NCBI RefSeq assembly: GCF_965641715.1
Contig: NZ_OZ282453.1
Source of the DNA: Escherichia coli
GTDB taxonomy: Bacteria; Pseudomonadota; Gammaproteobacteria; Enterobacterales; Enterobacteriaceae
Reading direction: 5' to 3' (one strand)
Length of the DNA: 64,000 bases
Part shown: one piece after another, positions 10,929 through 25,090 of the stretch
Layout of the letters: each line of letters starts with the position of its first letter
How positions within the stretch are numbered: position 1 is the first letter of the stretch
Program-made: the position numbers and the translations under genes
The notes under the pieces: model-generated
Databases searched by the model: none
What the model was told of the DNA's origin: nothing
What the model saw: only the letters and a program-made list of their open reading frames with translations

Positions 10929-11861
10929 GTGGATAAAATTTTCGTTGATGAAGCAGTAAATGAGCTGCAAACCATTCAGGACATGTTGCGCTGGTCGGTG
11001 AGCCGCTTCAGCGCGGCAAATATCTGGTACGGTCACGGCACCGATAACCCGTGGGATGAAGCCGTACAGCTGGTATTGCCGTCGCTCTACCTGCCGCTGG
11101 ATATTCCGGAAGATATGCGCACCGCGCGTCTGACCTCCAGCGAAAAACATCGTATTGTTGAGCGCGTGATCCGCCGCGTCAACGAACGCATTCCGGTAGC
11201 TTACCTGACCAACAAAGCGTGGTTCTGCGGCCATGAATTTTACGTCGATGAACGCGTGCTGGTGCCGCGCTCGCCGATTGGTGAATTGATCAACAATAAA
11301 TTTGCCGGACTTATCAGCAAGCAACCGCAGCATATTTTAGATATGTGTACCGGTAGCGGCTGCATCGCCATTGCCTGTGCTTATGCCTTCCCGGAAGCGG
11401 AAGTCGATGCGGTAGATATCTCTCCCGACGCGCTGGCGGTTGCCGAACAGAACATCGAAGAACACGGTCTGATCCACAACGTCATACCGATTCGTTCCGA
11501 TCTGTTCCGTGATTTGCCGAAAGTGCAGTACGACCTGATTGTCACTAACCCGCCGTATGTCGATGCGGAAGATATGTCCGACCTGCCAAACGAATACCGT
11601 CACGAGCCGGAACTGGGCCTGGCATCTGGCACTGACGGCCTGAAACTGACGCGTCGCATTCTCGGTAACGCGGCAGATTACCTTGCTGATGATGGTGTGC
11701 TGATTTGTGAAGTCGGCAACAGCATGGTACATCTTATGGAACAATATCCGGATGTTCCGTTCACCTGGCTGGAGTTTGATAACGGCGGCGATGGTGTGTT
11801 TATGCTCACCAAAGAGCAGCTGCTGGCGGCCCGTGAACATTTCGCGATTTATAAAGATTAA
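10929..11861 (+). CDS. prmB: Ribosomal protein uL3 glutamine N5-methyltransferase PrmB
   Basis: GTG start gives [19 protein letters not shown]... (310 aa) and the NPPY motif (IVTNPPYV) is present. The longer track ORF from 10596 overlaps smrB and was trimmed. Confidence 0.88.
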   Translation: MDKIFVDEAVNELQTIQDMLRWSVSRFSAANIWYGHGTDNPWDEAVQLVLPSLYLPLDIPEDMRTARLTSSEKHRIVERVIRRVNERIPVAYLTNKAWFCGHEFYVDERVLVPRSPIGELINNKFAGLISKQPQHILDMCTGSGCIAIACAYAFPEAEVDAVDISPDALAVAEQNIEEHGLIHNVIPIRSDLFRDLPKVQYDLIVTNPPYVDAEDMSDLPNEYRHEPELGLASGTDGLKLTRRILGNAADYLADDGVLICEVGNSMVHLMEQYPDVPFTWLEFDNGGDGVFMLTKEQLLAAREHFAIYKD

Positions 11862-11895
11862 GTAAACACGCAAACACAACAATAACGGAGCCGTG

Positions 11896-12981
11896 ATGGC
11901 TGGAAACACAATTGGACAACTCTTTCGCGTAACCACCTTCGGCGAATCGCACGGGCTGGCGCTCGGCTGCATCGTCGATGGTGTTCCGCCGGGCATTCCG
12001 CTGACGGAAGCGGACCTGCAACATGACCTTGATCGTCGTCGCCCTGGGACATCGCGCTATACCACACAGCGTCGTGAGCCAGATCAGGTCAAAATTCTCT
12101 CCGGTGTTTTTGAAGGTGTTACTACCGGCACCAGCATTGGTTTGTTGATCGAAAATACCGATCAGCGTTCTCAGGATTATAGTGCGATTAAGGACGTTTT
12201 CCGTCCTGGCCATGCCGATTACACCTACGAACAAAAATACGGTCTGCGCGATTATCGCGGCGGTGGACGTTCTTCCGCCCGCGAAACCGCCATGCGCGTG
12301 GCGGCAGGGGCGATTGCCAAAAAATATCTCGCCGAGAAATTTGGTATTGAAATCCGCGGCTGCCTGACCCAGATGGGCGACATTCCGCTGGAAATCAAAG
12401 ACTGGTCGCAGGTTGAACAAAATCCGTTCTTCTGCCCGGACCCGGACAAAATCGACGCGTTAGATGAACTGATGCGCGCGCTGAAAAAAGAGGGCGACTC
12501 CATCGGCGCGAAAGTCACCGTTGTAGCCAGTGGTGTCCCCGCCGGACTTGGCGAGCCGGTCTTTGACCGCCTGGATGCCGACATCGCCCATGCGCTGATG
12601 AGCATCAACGCGGTGAAAGGCGTGGAAATTGGCGACGGTTTTGACGTAGTGGCGCTGCGCGGCAGCCAGAATCGCGACGAAATCACCAAAGACGGTTTCC
12701 AGAGCAACCATGCGGGCGGCATTCTTGGCGGTATCAGCAGCGGGCAGCAAATCATTGCCCATATGGCGCTGAAACCGACCTCCAGCATTACCGTGCCGGG
12801 GCGCACCATTAACCGCTTTGGCGAAGAAGTTGAGATGATCACCAAAGGCCGTCACGATCCTTGTGTCGGGATCCGCGCGGTGCCGATCGCTGAAGCGATG
12901 CTGGCGATCGTATTAATGGATCACCTGTTACGGCAGCGGGCGCAAAATGCCGATGTGAAGACTGATATTCCACGCTGGTAA
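11896..12981 (+). CDS. aroC: Chorismate synthase
   Basis: [20 protein letters not shown]..., 361 aa, a classic AroC sequence. Confidence 0.96.
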   Translation: MAGNTIGQLFRVTTFGESHGLALGCIVDGVPPGIPLTEADLQHDLDRRRPGTSRYTTQRREPDQVKILSGVFEGVTTGTSIGLLIENTDQRSQDYSAIKDVFRPGHADYTYEQKYGLRDYRGGGRSSARETAMRVAAGAIAKKYLAEKFGIEIRGCLTQMGDIPLEIKDWSQVEQNPFFCPDPDKIDALDELMRALKKEGDSIGAKVTVVASGVPAGLGEPVFDRLDADIAHALMSINAVKGVEIGDGFDVVALRGSQNRDEITKDGFQSNHAGGILGGISSGQQIIAHMALKPTSSITVPGRTINRFGEEVEMITKGRHDPCVGIRAVPIAEAMLAIVLMDHLLRQRAQNADVKTDIPRW

Positions 12982-12984
12982 AAA

Positions 12985-13809
12985 ATGAACAAAACCGCGA
13001 TTGCGCTGCTGGCCCTGCTTGCCAGTAGCGTCAGCCTGGCAGCGACGCCGTGGCAAAAAATAACCCAACCTGTGCCGGGTAGCGCACAATCGATAGGCAG
13101 TTTTTCTAATGGCTGTATCGTCGGCGCTGACACGCTGCCGATACAGTCCGAACATTATCAGGTCATGCGTACCGATCAGCGTCGCTATTTCGGTCACCCG
13201 GACCTGGTGATGTTTATCCAGCGTCTGAGTAGCCAGGTGAGCAATCTGGGCATGGGTACGGTGCTGATTGGCGATATGGGGATGCCCGCTGGTGGGCGTT
13301 TCAACGGCGGTCATGCCAGCCACCAGACCGGACTGGATGTCGATATCTTTCTGCAACTGCCGAAAACTCGCTGGACCTCCGCGCAGCTCTTGCGCCCGCA
13401 AGCGTTAGATTTGGTTTCCCGGGACGGTAAACGCGTTGTCCCCACGCTGTGGAAGCCGGAAATTTTCAGCTTGATCAAACTCGCCGCCCAGGACAAAGAC
13501 GTCACGCGCATTTTTGTTAATCCGGCGATTAAACAACAACTTTGCCTTGATGCGGGCACCGATCGCGACTGGTTGCGCAAAGTGCGACCCTGGTTCCAGC
13601 ATCGTGCGCATATGCATGTACGATTACGTTGCCCTGCCGATAGTCTGGAGTGTGAAGATCAACCTTTACCGCCACCAGGCGATGGTTGCGGGGCAGAACT
13701 GCAAAGCTGGTTTGAACCTCCAAAACCGGGAACAACAAAGCCTGAGAAGAAGACACCGCCTCCGTTGCCGCCTTCCTGCCAGGCGCTACTGGATGAGCAC
13801 GTGATCTAA
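12985..13809 (+). CDS. mepA: Penicillin-insensitive murein DD-endopeptidase MepA
   Basis: 274-aa ORF with a signal peptide and the H..HQTGLDVD / HMHVRL metallopeptidase motifs. Confidence 0.93.
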   Translation: MNKTAIALLALLASSVSLAATPWQKITQPVPGSAQSIGSFSNGCIVGADTLPIQSEHYQVMRTDQRRYFGHPDLVMFIQRLSSQVSNLGMGTVLIGDMGMPAGGRFNGGHASHQTGLDVDIFLQLPKTRWTSAQLLRPQALDLVSRDGKRVVPTLWKPEIFSLIKLAAQDKDVTRIFVNPAIKQQLCLDAGTDRDWLRKVRPWFQHRAHMHVRLRCPADSLECEDQPLPPPGDGCGAELQSWFEPPKPGTTKPEKKTPPPLPPSCQALLDEHVI

Positions 13810-14618
13810 TGGAAACGTTTAATAGCCTGTTTATGGTTTCCCCGCTGTTGCTGGGAGTTCTCTTTTTTGTCGCCATGCTGGCGGGATTTATCGACTCGAT
13901 TGCCGGTGGCGGTGGGTTACTCACCATTCCGGCATTGATGGCAGCGGGGATGTCTCCCGCTAATGCGCTGGCAACCAATAAACTGCAAGCCTGCGGCGGC
14001 TCTATTTCCGCCACTATCTACTTTATTCGCCGCAAAGTGGTTAGTTTAAGCGATCAGAAACTCAATATCGCCATGACCTTTATCGGCTCAATGAGCGGCG
14101 CACTGCTGGTGCAATACGTTCAGGCTGATGTCTTACGGCAGATTTTGCCCATTCTGGTGATTTGTATCGGCCTCTATTTCTTGCTGATGCCAAAGCTGGG
14201 TGAAGAAGATCGCCAGCGCCGGATGTACGGTTTACCCTTCGCGTTAATTGCCGGTGGCTGCGTCGGTTTTTATGACGGATTCTTTGGTCCGGCAGCCGGA
14301 TCGTTTTACGCGCTGGCCTTTGTTACGCTGTGCGGATTCAACCTCGCCAAAGCCACGGCTCACGCCAAATTACTCAACGCAACGTCAAACATCGGCGGTT
14401 TACTGCTGTTTATTCTCGGCGGCAAAGTGATTTGGGCGACGGGCTTTGTGATGCTAGTGGGGCAGTTCCTCGGCGCGCGCATGGGTTCAAGACTGGTGTT
14501 GAGCAAAGGACAAAAACTGATCCGCCCGATGATCGTTATCGTCTCGGCGGTGATGAGTGCCAAATTACTTTATGATAGCCACGGACAGGAGATCCTCCAC
14601 TGGTTGGGGATGAACTAA
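13809..14618 (+). CDS. yfcA: TauE/SafE-family inner-membrane protein YfcA
   Basis: 269-aa polytopic membrane ORF with conserved position. Confidence 0.88.
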   Translation: METFNSLFMVSPLLLGVLFFVAMLAGFIDSIAGGGGLLTIPALMAAGMSPANALATNKLQACGGSISATIYFIRRKVVSLSDQKLNIAMTFIGSMSGALLVQYVQADVLRQILPILVICIGLYFLLMPKLGEEDRQRRMYGLPFALIAGGCVGFYDGFFGPAAGSFYALAFVTLCGFNLAKATAHAKLLNATSNIGGLLLFILGGKVIWATGFVMLVGQFLGARMGSRLVLSKGQKLIRPMIVIVSAVMSAKLLYDSHGQEILHWLGMN

Positions 14619-15166
14619 TGAACAGTACACACCACTATGAGCAGTTGATTGAAATTTTTAATAGCTGCTTTGCCGATGATTTTAATACCCGTCTGATTAA
14701 AGGCGACGACGAACCGATCTATCTTCCTGCTGATGCGGAAGTACCGTATAACCGAATCGTCTTTGCCCACGGCTTTTATGCCAGCGCAATTCATGAGATT
14801 TCGCACTGGTGTATTGCCGGGAAAGCGCGCCGCGAGCAGGTTGATTTCGGCTACTGGTATTGCCCGGACGGTCGCGATGCCCAAACGCAAAGCCAGTTTG
14901 AAGATGTTGAAGTGAAGCCGCAGGCGCTTGACTGGTTGTTCTGCGTGGCGGCGGGATACCCGTTTAACGTCAGTTGCGACAATCTGGAAGGCGACTTCGA
15001 ACCGGACCGCGTGGTGTTTCAACGGCGAGTACATGCGCAGGTGATGGATTATCTAACAACTGGCATTCCGGAACGCCCGGCACGTTTCATTAAAGCACTA
15101 CAAAATTATTATCACACGCCGGAACTTACGGCGGAACAGTTCCCGTGGCCGGAAGCGCTCAACTGA
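14618..15166 (+). CDS. epmC: EF-P beta-lysyl-Lys34 hydroxylase EpmC (YfcM)
   Basis: 182-aa ORF starting MNSTHHYEQLIEIFNSCF, with conserved position after yfcA. Confidence 0.88.
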   Translation: MNSTHHYEQLIEIFNSCFADDFNTRLIKGDDEPIYLPADAEVPYNRIVFAHGFYASAIHEISHWCIAGKARREQVDFGYWYCPDGRDAQTQSQFEDVEVKPQALDWLFCVAAGYPFNVSCDNLEGDFEPDRVVFQRRVHAQVMDYLTTGIPERPARFIKALQNYYHTPELTAEQFPWPEALN

Positions 15167-15199
15167 AGCCAGCGCCACGTTTTACAATGAGGAAAGAAG

Positions 15200-15478
15200 A
15201 TGATCGCGGAGTTTGAATCACGCATTCTGGCATTAATCGACGGTATGGTTGACCATGCCAGTGATGATGAGTTGTTTGCCAGTGGGTATTTGCGTGGCCA
15301 CCTGACATTAGCCATCGCAGAACTGGAAAGTGGTGATGACCACTCCGCTCAGGCGGTACATACGACCGTTAGCCAGAGTCTGGAAAAAGCCATTGGTGCT
15401 GGTGAATTGTCGCCGCGTGACCAGGCGCTGGTGACCGATATGTGGGAAAACCTGTTTCAGCAGGCGTCACAGCAGTAA
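15200..15478 (+). CDS. yfcL: Small conserved protein YfcL
   Basis: 92-aa ORF starting [19 protein letters not shown], with conserved position. Confidence 0.85.
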
Positions 15479-15484
15479 GTTGCG

Positions 15485-15585
<101 letters not shown>

Positions 15586-15598
15586 ATGCCAAAGCTGG

Positions 15599-17671
<2,073 letters not shown>

Positions 17672-17763
17672 CTATTAATTGGCTGATCGGACTTGTTCGG
17701 CGTACAAGTGTACGCTATTGTGCATTCGAAACTTACTCTATGTGCGACTTACAGAGGTATTGA

Positions 17764-18984
17764 ATGAAACGTGCAGTGATTACTGGCCTGGGCATTGTTT
17801 CCAGCATCGGTAATAACCAGCAGGAAGTCCTGGCATCTCTGCGTGAAGGACGTTCAGGGATCACTTTCTCTCAGGAGCTGAAGGATTCCGGCATGCGTAG
17901 CCACGTCTGGGGCAACGTAAAACTGGATACCACTGGCCTCATTGACCGCAAAGTTGTGCGCTTTATGAGCGACGCATCCATTTATGCATTCCTTTCTATG
18001 GAGCAGGCAATCGCTGATGCGGGCCTCTCCCCGGAAGCTTACCAGAATAACCCGCGCGTTGGCCTGATTGCAGGTTCCGGCGGCGGCTCCCCGCGTTTCC
18101 AGGTGTTCGGCGCTGACGCAATGCGCGGCCCGCGCGGCCTGAAAGCGGTTGGCCCGTATGTGGTCACCAAAGCGATGGCATCCGGCGTTTCTGCCTGCCT
18201 CGCCACCCCGTTTAAAATTCATGGCGTTAACTACTCCATCAGCTCCGCGTGTGCGACTTCCGCACACTGTATCGGTAACGCAGTAGAGCAGATCCAACTG
18301 GGCAAACAGGACATCGTGTTTGCTGGCGGCGGCGAAGAGCTGTGCTGGGAAATGGCTTGCGAATTCGACGCAATGGGTGCGCTGTCTACTAAATACAACG
18401 ACACCCCGGAAAAAGCCTCCCGTACTTACGACGCTCACCGTGACGGTTTCGTTATCGCTGGCGGCGGCGGTATGGTGGTGGTTGAAGAGCTGGAACACGC
18501 GCTGGCGCGTGGTGCTCATATCTATGCTGAAATCGTTGGCTACGGCGCAACGTCTGATGGCGCAGATATGGTTGCTCCGTCTGGCGAAGGCGCAGTACGC
18601 TGCATGAAGATGGCGATGCATGGCGTTGATACCCCAATCGATTACCTGAACTCCCACGGTACTTCGACTCCGGTTGGCGACGTGAAAGAGCTGGCAGCTA
18701 TCCGTGAAGTGTTCGGCGATAAGAGCCCTGCGATTTCTGCAACCAAAGCCATGACCGGTCACTCTCTGGGCGCTGCTGGCGTACAGGAAGCTATCTACTC
18801 TCTGCTGATGCTGGAACACGGCTTTATCGCCCCGAGCATCAACATTGAAGAGCTGGACGAGCAGGCTGCGGGTCTGAACATCGTGACCGAAACGACCGAT
18901 CGCGAACTGACCACTGTTATGTCTAACAGCTTCGGCTTCGGCGGCACCAACGCCACGCTGGTAATGCGCAAGCTGAAAGATTAA
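17764..18984 (+). CDS. fabB: 3-oxoacyl-ACP synthase I
   Basis: 406-aa [25 protein letters not shown]... with active-site SSACATS. Confidence 0.97.
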
Positions 18985-18990
18985 TTCGCA

Positions 18991-19062
18991 GTAGGCCGGA
19001 GTAGGTCGGATAAGACGCGTCAGCGTCGCATCCGACGTTACGCGCCAATGCGGCATCCGGCA
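18991..19062. repeat. REP elements
   Basis: GTAGGCCGGAGTAGGTCGGATAAGACGCGTCAGCGTCGCATCCGAC...GCGGCATCCGGCAC. Confidence 0.6.
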
Positions 19063-19070
19063 CTAACGCC

Positions 19071-19096
19071 AAAGGGAACCCGATGGTTCCCTTTTT
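19071..19096 (+). terminator. Rho-independent terminator (fabB)
   Basis: AAAGGGAACC-CGAT-GGTTCCCTTT hairpin followed by a T run. Confidence 0.7.
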
Positions 19097-19255
19097 CACA
19101 TCATTGACAATCGCCGCCTGTTCCAGGCAAACTTCCCGCTTTGTCGATTTCCTTCTGAAAAGACGTACGCGTTAATTCCTGCCAACGCACCGTAACCCTG
19201 AAACCAGAGAGATGAGACGGGGATACTCCTCGCCTTGCGCTGCATTCTGGAGTAA

Positions 19256-21429
<2,174 letters not shown>

Positions 21430-21527
21430 TACGTATCCTTATACCTGAAATCTTCGCAAGTATGCCTGGCCGCGAGATTATGGCACACTTGTCCGGTTAA
21501 CTCTCGTCTCATACAGGTAACACAAAC

Positions 21528-21572
21528 GTGAAAATCCTTGTTGATGAAAAAAATGATGACTTAATTTATTGA
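21528..21572 (+). pseudogene. pdxB: Orphaned native 5' end of pdxB (GTG + 7 native codons, then phage sequence, stop after 14 codons)
   Basis: GTG AAA ATC CTT GTT GAT GAA = MKILVDE, the PdxB N-terminus. It continues into prophage DNA (KNDDLIY*). Confidence 0.75.
21531..21550. repeat. Prophage attachment-site core, ogr/cargo-proximal copy
   Basis: AAAATCCTTGTTGATGAAAA is identical to 57944-57963, and the two copies bracket every phage gene. Confidence 0.8.
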
Positions 21573-21625
21573 TGTAAAAGGATTTATGTCAGCGCGTGTC
21601 CACGCAGTGACCACATTTTCGAGTT

Positions 21626-21669
21626 ACAGATAACACAAAGCCCGTTTTCACGGGCTTTGTGTTATCTGT
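21626..21669. terminator. 19-bp perfect hairpin (bidirectional terminator/insulator)
   Basis: ACAGATAACACAAAGCCCG-TTTTCA-CGGGCTTTGTGTTATCTGT. It lies just downstream of the 297-aa gene (minus strand) and of the pdxB stub (plus strand). Confidence 0.7.
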
Positions 21670-21696
21670 AATTGTGGCTAAGCCACATGATTTATA

Positions 21697-22590
21697 CTAT
21701 TTCCAGTTACAAGCAGATTGAAGCGGTTTTAGCGCGTTTGACAGGCCGTTTAAATTGAAAGTTGCACTTACGGGGCTCTCATTATAAGGCGTTATTTTTG
21801 TATACATTTTGCTTGAGTTGGCTAGTTTTCGGATGAAATCAATGTCATTACCTTTATAAAAAACAGCCTTTGTATCTGTAGATACTAGCCAGTTTCGCTC
21901 AACTGCTTTCTGTTTATCAAGGCGATAAAGCATGCTGGTTTGTTCAAGGCCTAAATATACATCCCAACTAAGAAATACTTCGGTTTTCTTTTCTCGGCAA
22001 GCTATAAACAGAGTAGGAGTAACCGCTTCTCCAAATGGAGTTCTGATATAATCATCACTTTCTAACGATAAAATTACATTTTTCGAATCATCAATTGGCG
22101 ATGTAGTAATGGATGTGTGCCATTTTCCTACATCTGTGGCTTTCTCTAATTTTGATTCAGCTTGAACGGCTTTATCCTGTGGGAATAGTTTATCGTAGCA
22201 GTTTAGTCTGGCTTCTTTATCATTTTCTGCACGACATTTAGATATCTCAGAAAGATTTGGTTGCTGAGCCTCTGTTGTTACTGGCTTTTCCGTTTTAGAT
22301 TTTGAGTTTACAGATGGAATAAATGTTGGAGAAAAGAAACGATCATAACAAGATAAACGTCTATCATCATCTTTCTCATCAGGGCATTGATCTCTGCTTT
22401 CGAATTTTTCAGCAACTTTCGTTCGAGTCGGTTGTATTGACTTATCGTAACAAGAAAGTCTGTCTTTATTATTTTCTATTGCTCGGCACTGGAGTACTGC
22501 ATTGAAGTTCTTATGTTCAGTTGCTGCGTGAACAGGCAGTACACTAATTGATAAAAATGATGCGCCTATAGAAAAAATTATATTTTTCAT
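21697..22590 (-). CDS. Secreted protein with three N-terminal C-x11-C / RLxCYD modules and a VasI/TagO-like C-terminal domain (function unknown)
   Basis: 297-aa ORF with signal peptide MKNIIFSIGASFLSISVLPVHA. The repeats are CRAIENNKDRLSCYDK, CPDEKDDDRRLSCYDR and CRAENDKEARLNCYDK. It sits in an AT-rich prophage-end moron. Confidence 0.7.
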   Translation of the reverse strand: MKNIIFSIGASFLSISVLPVHAATEHKNFNAVLQCRAIENNKDRLSCYDKSIQPTRTKVAEKFESRDQCPDEKDDDRRLSCYDRFFSPTFIPSVNSKSKTEKPVTTEAQQPNLSEISKCRAENDKEARLNCYDKLFPQDKAVQAESKLEKATDVGKWHTSITTSPIDDSKNVILSLESDDYIRTPFGEAVTPTLFIACREKKTEVFLSWDVYLGLEQTSMLYRLDKQKAVERNWLVSTDTKAVFYKGNDIDFIRKLANSSKMYTKITPYNESPVSATFNLNGLSNALKPLQSACNWK

Positions 22591-22594
22591 TTTA

Positions 22595-22927
22595 TTATCC
22601 CTTTGGTTTAGTAAGAAATACTAAAATTCCGATAATGATATCGCCAATAACCCATAAGCTTCCAATGGTAATTAAACCTAAGCCTGTACCAATAACTGCA
22701 CCGGCTTTTTCAGCATCGGATGTGGCATTATTTATTATTTCACTAGTGCCACCTAGTCCAACTAAAAGCGTATAGATCATAAAAATATTAAATAATATAA
22801 AAACCCACTTAATGATCCGTCCAAAAAATGAACGCTTAAGTTTTTGTAGTTGTTTACCACAAGCAGGGCAATACAATGCTGAATCGCTCACCTCTTTCTG
22901 GCATTCAGGACATTTGATTAATGCCAT
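22595..22927 (-). CDS. Zinc-ribbon membrane protein (function unknown)
   Basis: 110-aa ORF with CPEC-x10-CPAC at the N-terminus and two hydrophobic helices. AGGAGG lies 8 nt before the ATG, and the stop is 4 nt from the next gene. Confidence 0.7.
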   Translation of the reverse strand: MALIKCPECQKEVSDSALYCPACGKQLQKLKRSFFGRIIKWVFILFNIFMIYTLLVGLGGTSEIINNATSDAEKAGAVIGTGLGLITIGSLWVIGDIIIGILVFLTKPKG

Positions 22928-23158
22928 GTAATCCGCCTCCTTTGGATTAATACGAGTTGATGTTTGTTACAAAACATTTTGATTTTATCAGATTTTTTTT
23001 TATTGATAAGTGTCAATTGATTAGCTGGTATAGAGTGAGGCATATAGAAGGGCTGATCTGTATCAGTATGTGATGCAAAAATCCCACAGTTTCATGGAAT
23101 TTTTGCAGTTAGAGCTGTGAGATAGGGTGCCTTATCGACCTTACCCTGGCAACCGATT

Positions 23159-23180
23159 GACGGGGGATTGCTCCCCCGTC
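23159..23180 (-). terminator. Hairpin at 3' end of hok-like transcript
   Basis: GACGGGGGA-GCAA-TCCCCCGTC (minus strand), 9 nt after the hok-like stop. Confidence 0.5.
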
Positions 23181-23189
23181 GCGGTTTCC

Positions 23190-23330
23190 TTACTGCTTAC
23201 ACTGTAAGAACGCCGCAAACTCCGCTCCCCAGAAGCTCATCCGTATTTCGCACAGCGAACCGTGAAGCATCCAGATGATGAGGATTGCCGTCACGCAGAA
23301 CGTGATGGCCGTAAGCGATTTTTGCGACAT
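23190..23330 (-). CDS. Hok/Gef-family type I toxin (46 aa; too short for the supplied ORF track)
   Basis: MSQKSLTAITFCVTAILIIWMLHGSLCEIRMSFWGAEFAAFLQCKQ has an N-terminal TM helix, an LCEIR core and a G.E(F/V)AAF tail, as in Hok/Gef/RelF. AAGGAG lies 8 nt upstream, and the leader 23331-23520 is long and structured. Confidence 0.7.
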   Translation of the reverse strand: MSQKSLTAITFCVTAILIIWMLHGSLCEIRMSFWGAEFAAFLQCKQ

Positions 23331-23520
23331 AGCGCTTGCTCCTTTTTCGGGGAGGCGCTAACCTATCACTTGCTTAGGGTAGACGGTTAGGGCCTCGGTT
23401 AAACAAAAGTGTTTTCCGGGGCCTTTCCACATCTGGCCTTCGGGTATTCCCTCCGACCATCAGCCGAAAGGCACCCGCGCGTAATCTATCGCTTTTTTGT
23501 TACTCCGACAATTCTGCCTG

Positions 23521-23781
23521 TTAATTCTGAGGTAAAGGCAAACTCATCTGATTGTTTCCCCTGTGTGAAGCTGGCAGCTCATGCCACGGGATACCTTCTG
23601 ATGAGTGAACGCCGGAGGCGTGTTTCGATGTGAATTTATGGAAAGCTTCCAGTGTTGAGAAGCATACGCCGCATTCCAGATTGTTACACTGGTAATACTT
23701 TTGCCGCACGGTGTTTGAATCATTTTCCGGACGACTGGTGCGGATACGGGCAGATGCGCCACAAAGCGGACAACGGAACAT
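23521..23781 (-). CDS. ogr: Ogr/Delta-family zinc-finger late-gene activator
   Basis: MFRCPLCGASARIRTSR...YYQCNNLECGVCF parallels P2 Ogr (MFHCPLC...HQCQNVNC). AAGGGAGG acts as the SD. Confidence 0.88.
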   Translation of the reverse strand: MFRCPLCGASARIRTSRPENDSNTVRQKYYQCNNLECGVCFSTLEAFHKFTSKHASGVHSSEGIPWHELPASHRGNNQMSLPLPQN

Positions 23782-23823
23782 AGCGACCTCCCTTAACGTG
23801 GTGCTGCCGCTATTCTAAGTTGC

Positions 23824-24933
23824 TCACTCTGTTTCTGCTATCCATTCCGGGATTTTTGCTTCAAGCTCAAGCTGCGTGGTAAAGCCACTGTTATCAATGG
23901 TGTGCTCGGCTTTCGCAATAATCCAGTCCTGATTATCAATCTCGCTTTTAAATCCTGTTACCGTGCCATGCATTTCGGGGTAGAGTTCTGCTCGTCCACG
24001 TGTCAGCGTGATGGAGAATGATGCGGCTCCGCGTTGTAGTTGTTGCCACTTTGCCGCCGCTGCGCGTCTTGCTGCCTGCTCGTTCTGATAAGTCTTGCGT
24101 AACACAAACACATTGCCTTCCGCGCCTTCCATATAATCACCTTCACGGCTGCTGCTTTTCTCTTTTTTCGGTTTTGGCGGTTTGCGGCGTTTCACGCTGA
24201 CTTTTTTCTTTTTCCCGTAATTAAGATCAAGCCAGTAAGCGCGTACCCCCGTATACGCTTCGCGGTCAGCAATGCGGAACTGATGGCGATCGCCACTGCT
24301 GCGTGTGATGGCGAACGATGGCAACGGCTGGCCCTGTGCGTTCACGCCACCGCCGGGCATGATGAATAACAGATTACCGCTTTTTACCGTGGTGATTGCG
24401 CCCAGCATTTCCGCCATGCGCGTAAGGAAGGACATGTCACTTTCTTCGGTCTGGTCGGCGTGGTCGATTTCGATATCCATCAGCATTTCGCTGATTTGCG
24501 GTTTCAGACCGTACCGATGAGCGATGGCGGATACCACACGCTCAACGGTCACATCATGCCAGGACACCTCACGTTTAACGTTAAATTCATCCCGAAAATC
24601 TGCGCTTCTGGCTGAAACAGTCAGCCTGTCCGGCGGTCCTTCGTGTGCGATTTCATCAACAATGTAAGAGCCTTTTTCTGCCAGCGGTTCGCCTTTCCAG
24701 CCAATGAGAACCGTCAGGCGCGCGCCCCGTGGCGGTAGCTGCAACTGACCATCCGCATCATCCAGCGTGATGGTTAGCTGATCTGCCTCAAATCCCCGGT
24801 TGTCGGTCAGCGACAGGCTCATCAGGCGCTCTGCCACTCCGGACAGCGTTTTACCCTCCGCGAGAATATCAAAATCCGGCATTTTTACGGGGTCTGTGCT
24901 CTGACTGAGCAATTGCATGGTGGTATCGGTCAT
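23824..24933 (-). CDS. P2 gpD-like tail protein (late control D)
   Basis: I chose the start at MTDTTMQLLSQ (GGGAGGAAG SD). The ORF has gpD-like length and sits next to ogr. The track ORF extends 44 codons further upstream without an RBS. Confidence 0.8.
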   Translation of the reverse strand: MTDTTMQLLSQSTDPVKMPDFDILAEGKTLSGVAERLMSLSLTDNRGFEADQLTITLDDADGQLQLPPRGARLTVLIGWKGEPLAEKGSYIVDEIAHEGPPDRLTVSARSADFRDEFNVKREVSWHDVTVERVVSAIAHRYGLKPQISEMLMDIEIDHADQTEESDMSFLTRMAEMLGAITTVKSGNLLFIMPGGGVNAQGQPLPSFAITRSSGDRHQFRIADREAYTGVRAYWLDLNYGKKKKVSVKRRKPPKPKKEKSSSREGDYMEGAEGNVFVLRKTYQNEQAARRAAAAKWQQLQRGAASFSITLTRGRAELYPEMHGTVTGFKSEIDNQDWIIAKAEHTIDNSGFTTQLELEAKIPEWIAETE

Positions 24934-25090
24934 CTGCTTCCTCCCTGTGCGGCATGGTCGCATGTGCGTGTGGAGGGGGTTACTGCTTTTTGTTGTCGCC
25001 GTGGCGGGAGAACGGCGCAGGGGTGAGATTACGCGCGTGGTGGGTGATGATTGTTGCCGAATCATTTAACGGATACAAGGGGCTGAAGCT

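Noticed and set aside
17854-19056. 400-aa ORF on the minus strand across fabB
   Set aside because: It lies entirely antisense to the unmistakable fabB gene. Its composition is Arg/Ala/His-rich shadow-frame, and it has no RBS.
21430-21560. A tRNA or tmRNA gene as the integration target
   Set aside because: No tRNA-like sequence lies at either junction. The repeat lies in the pdxB coding sequence.
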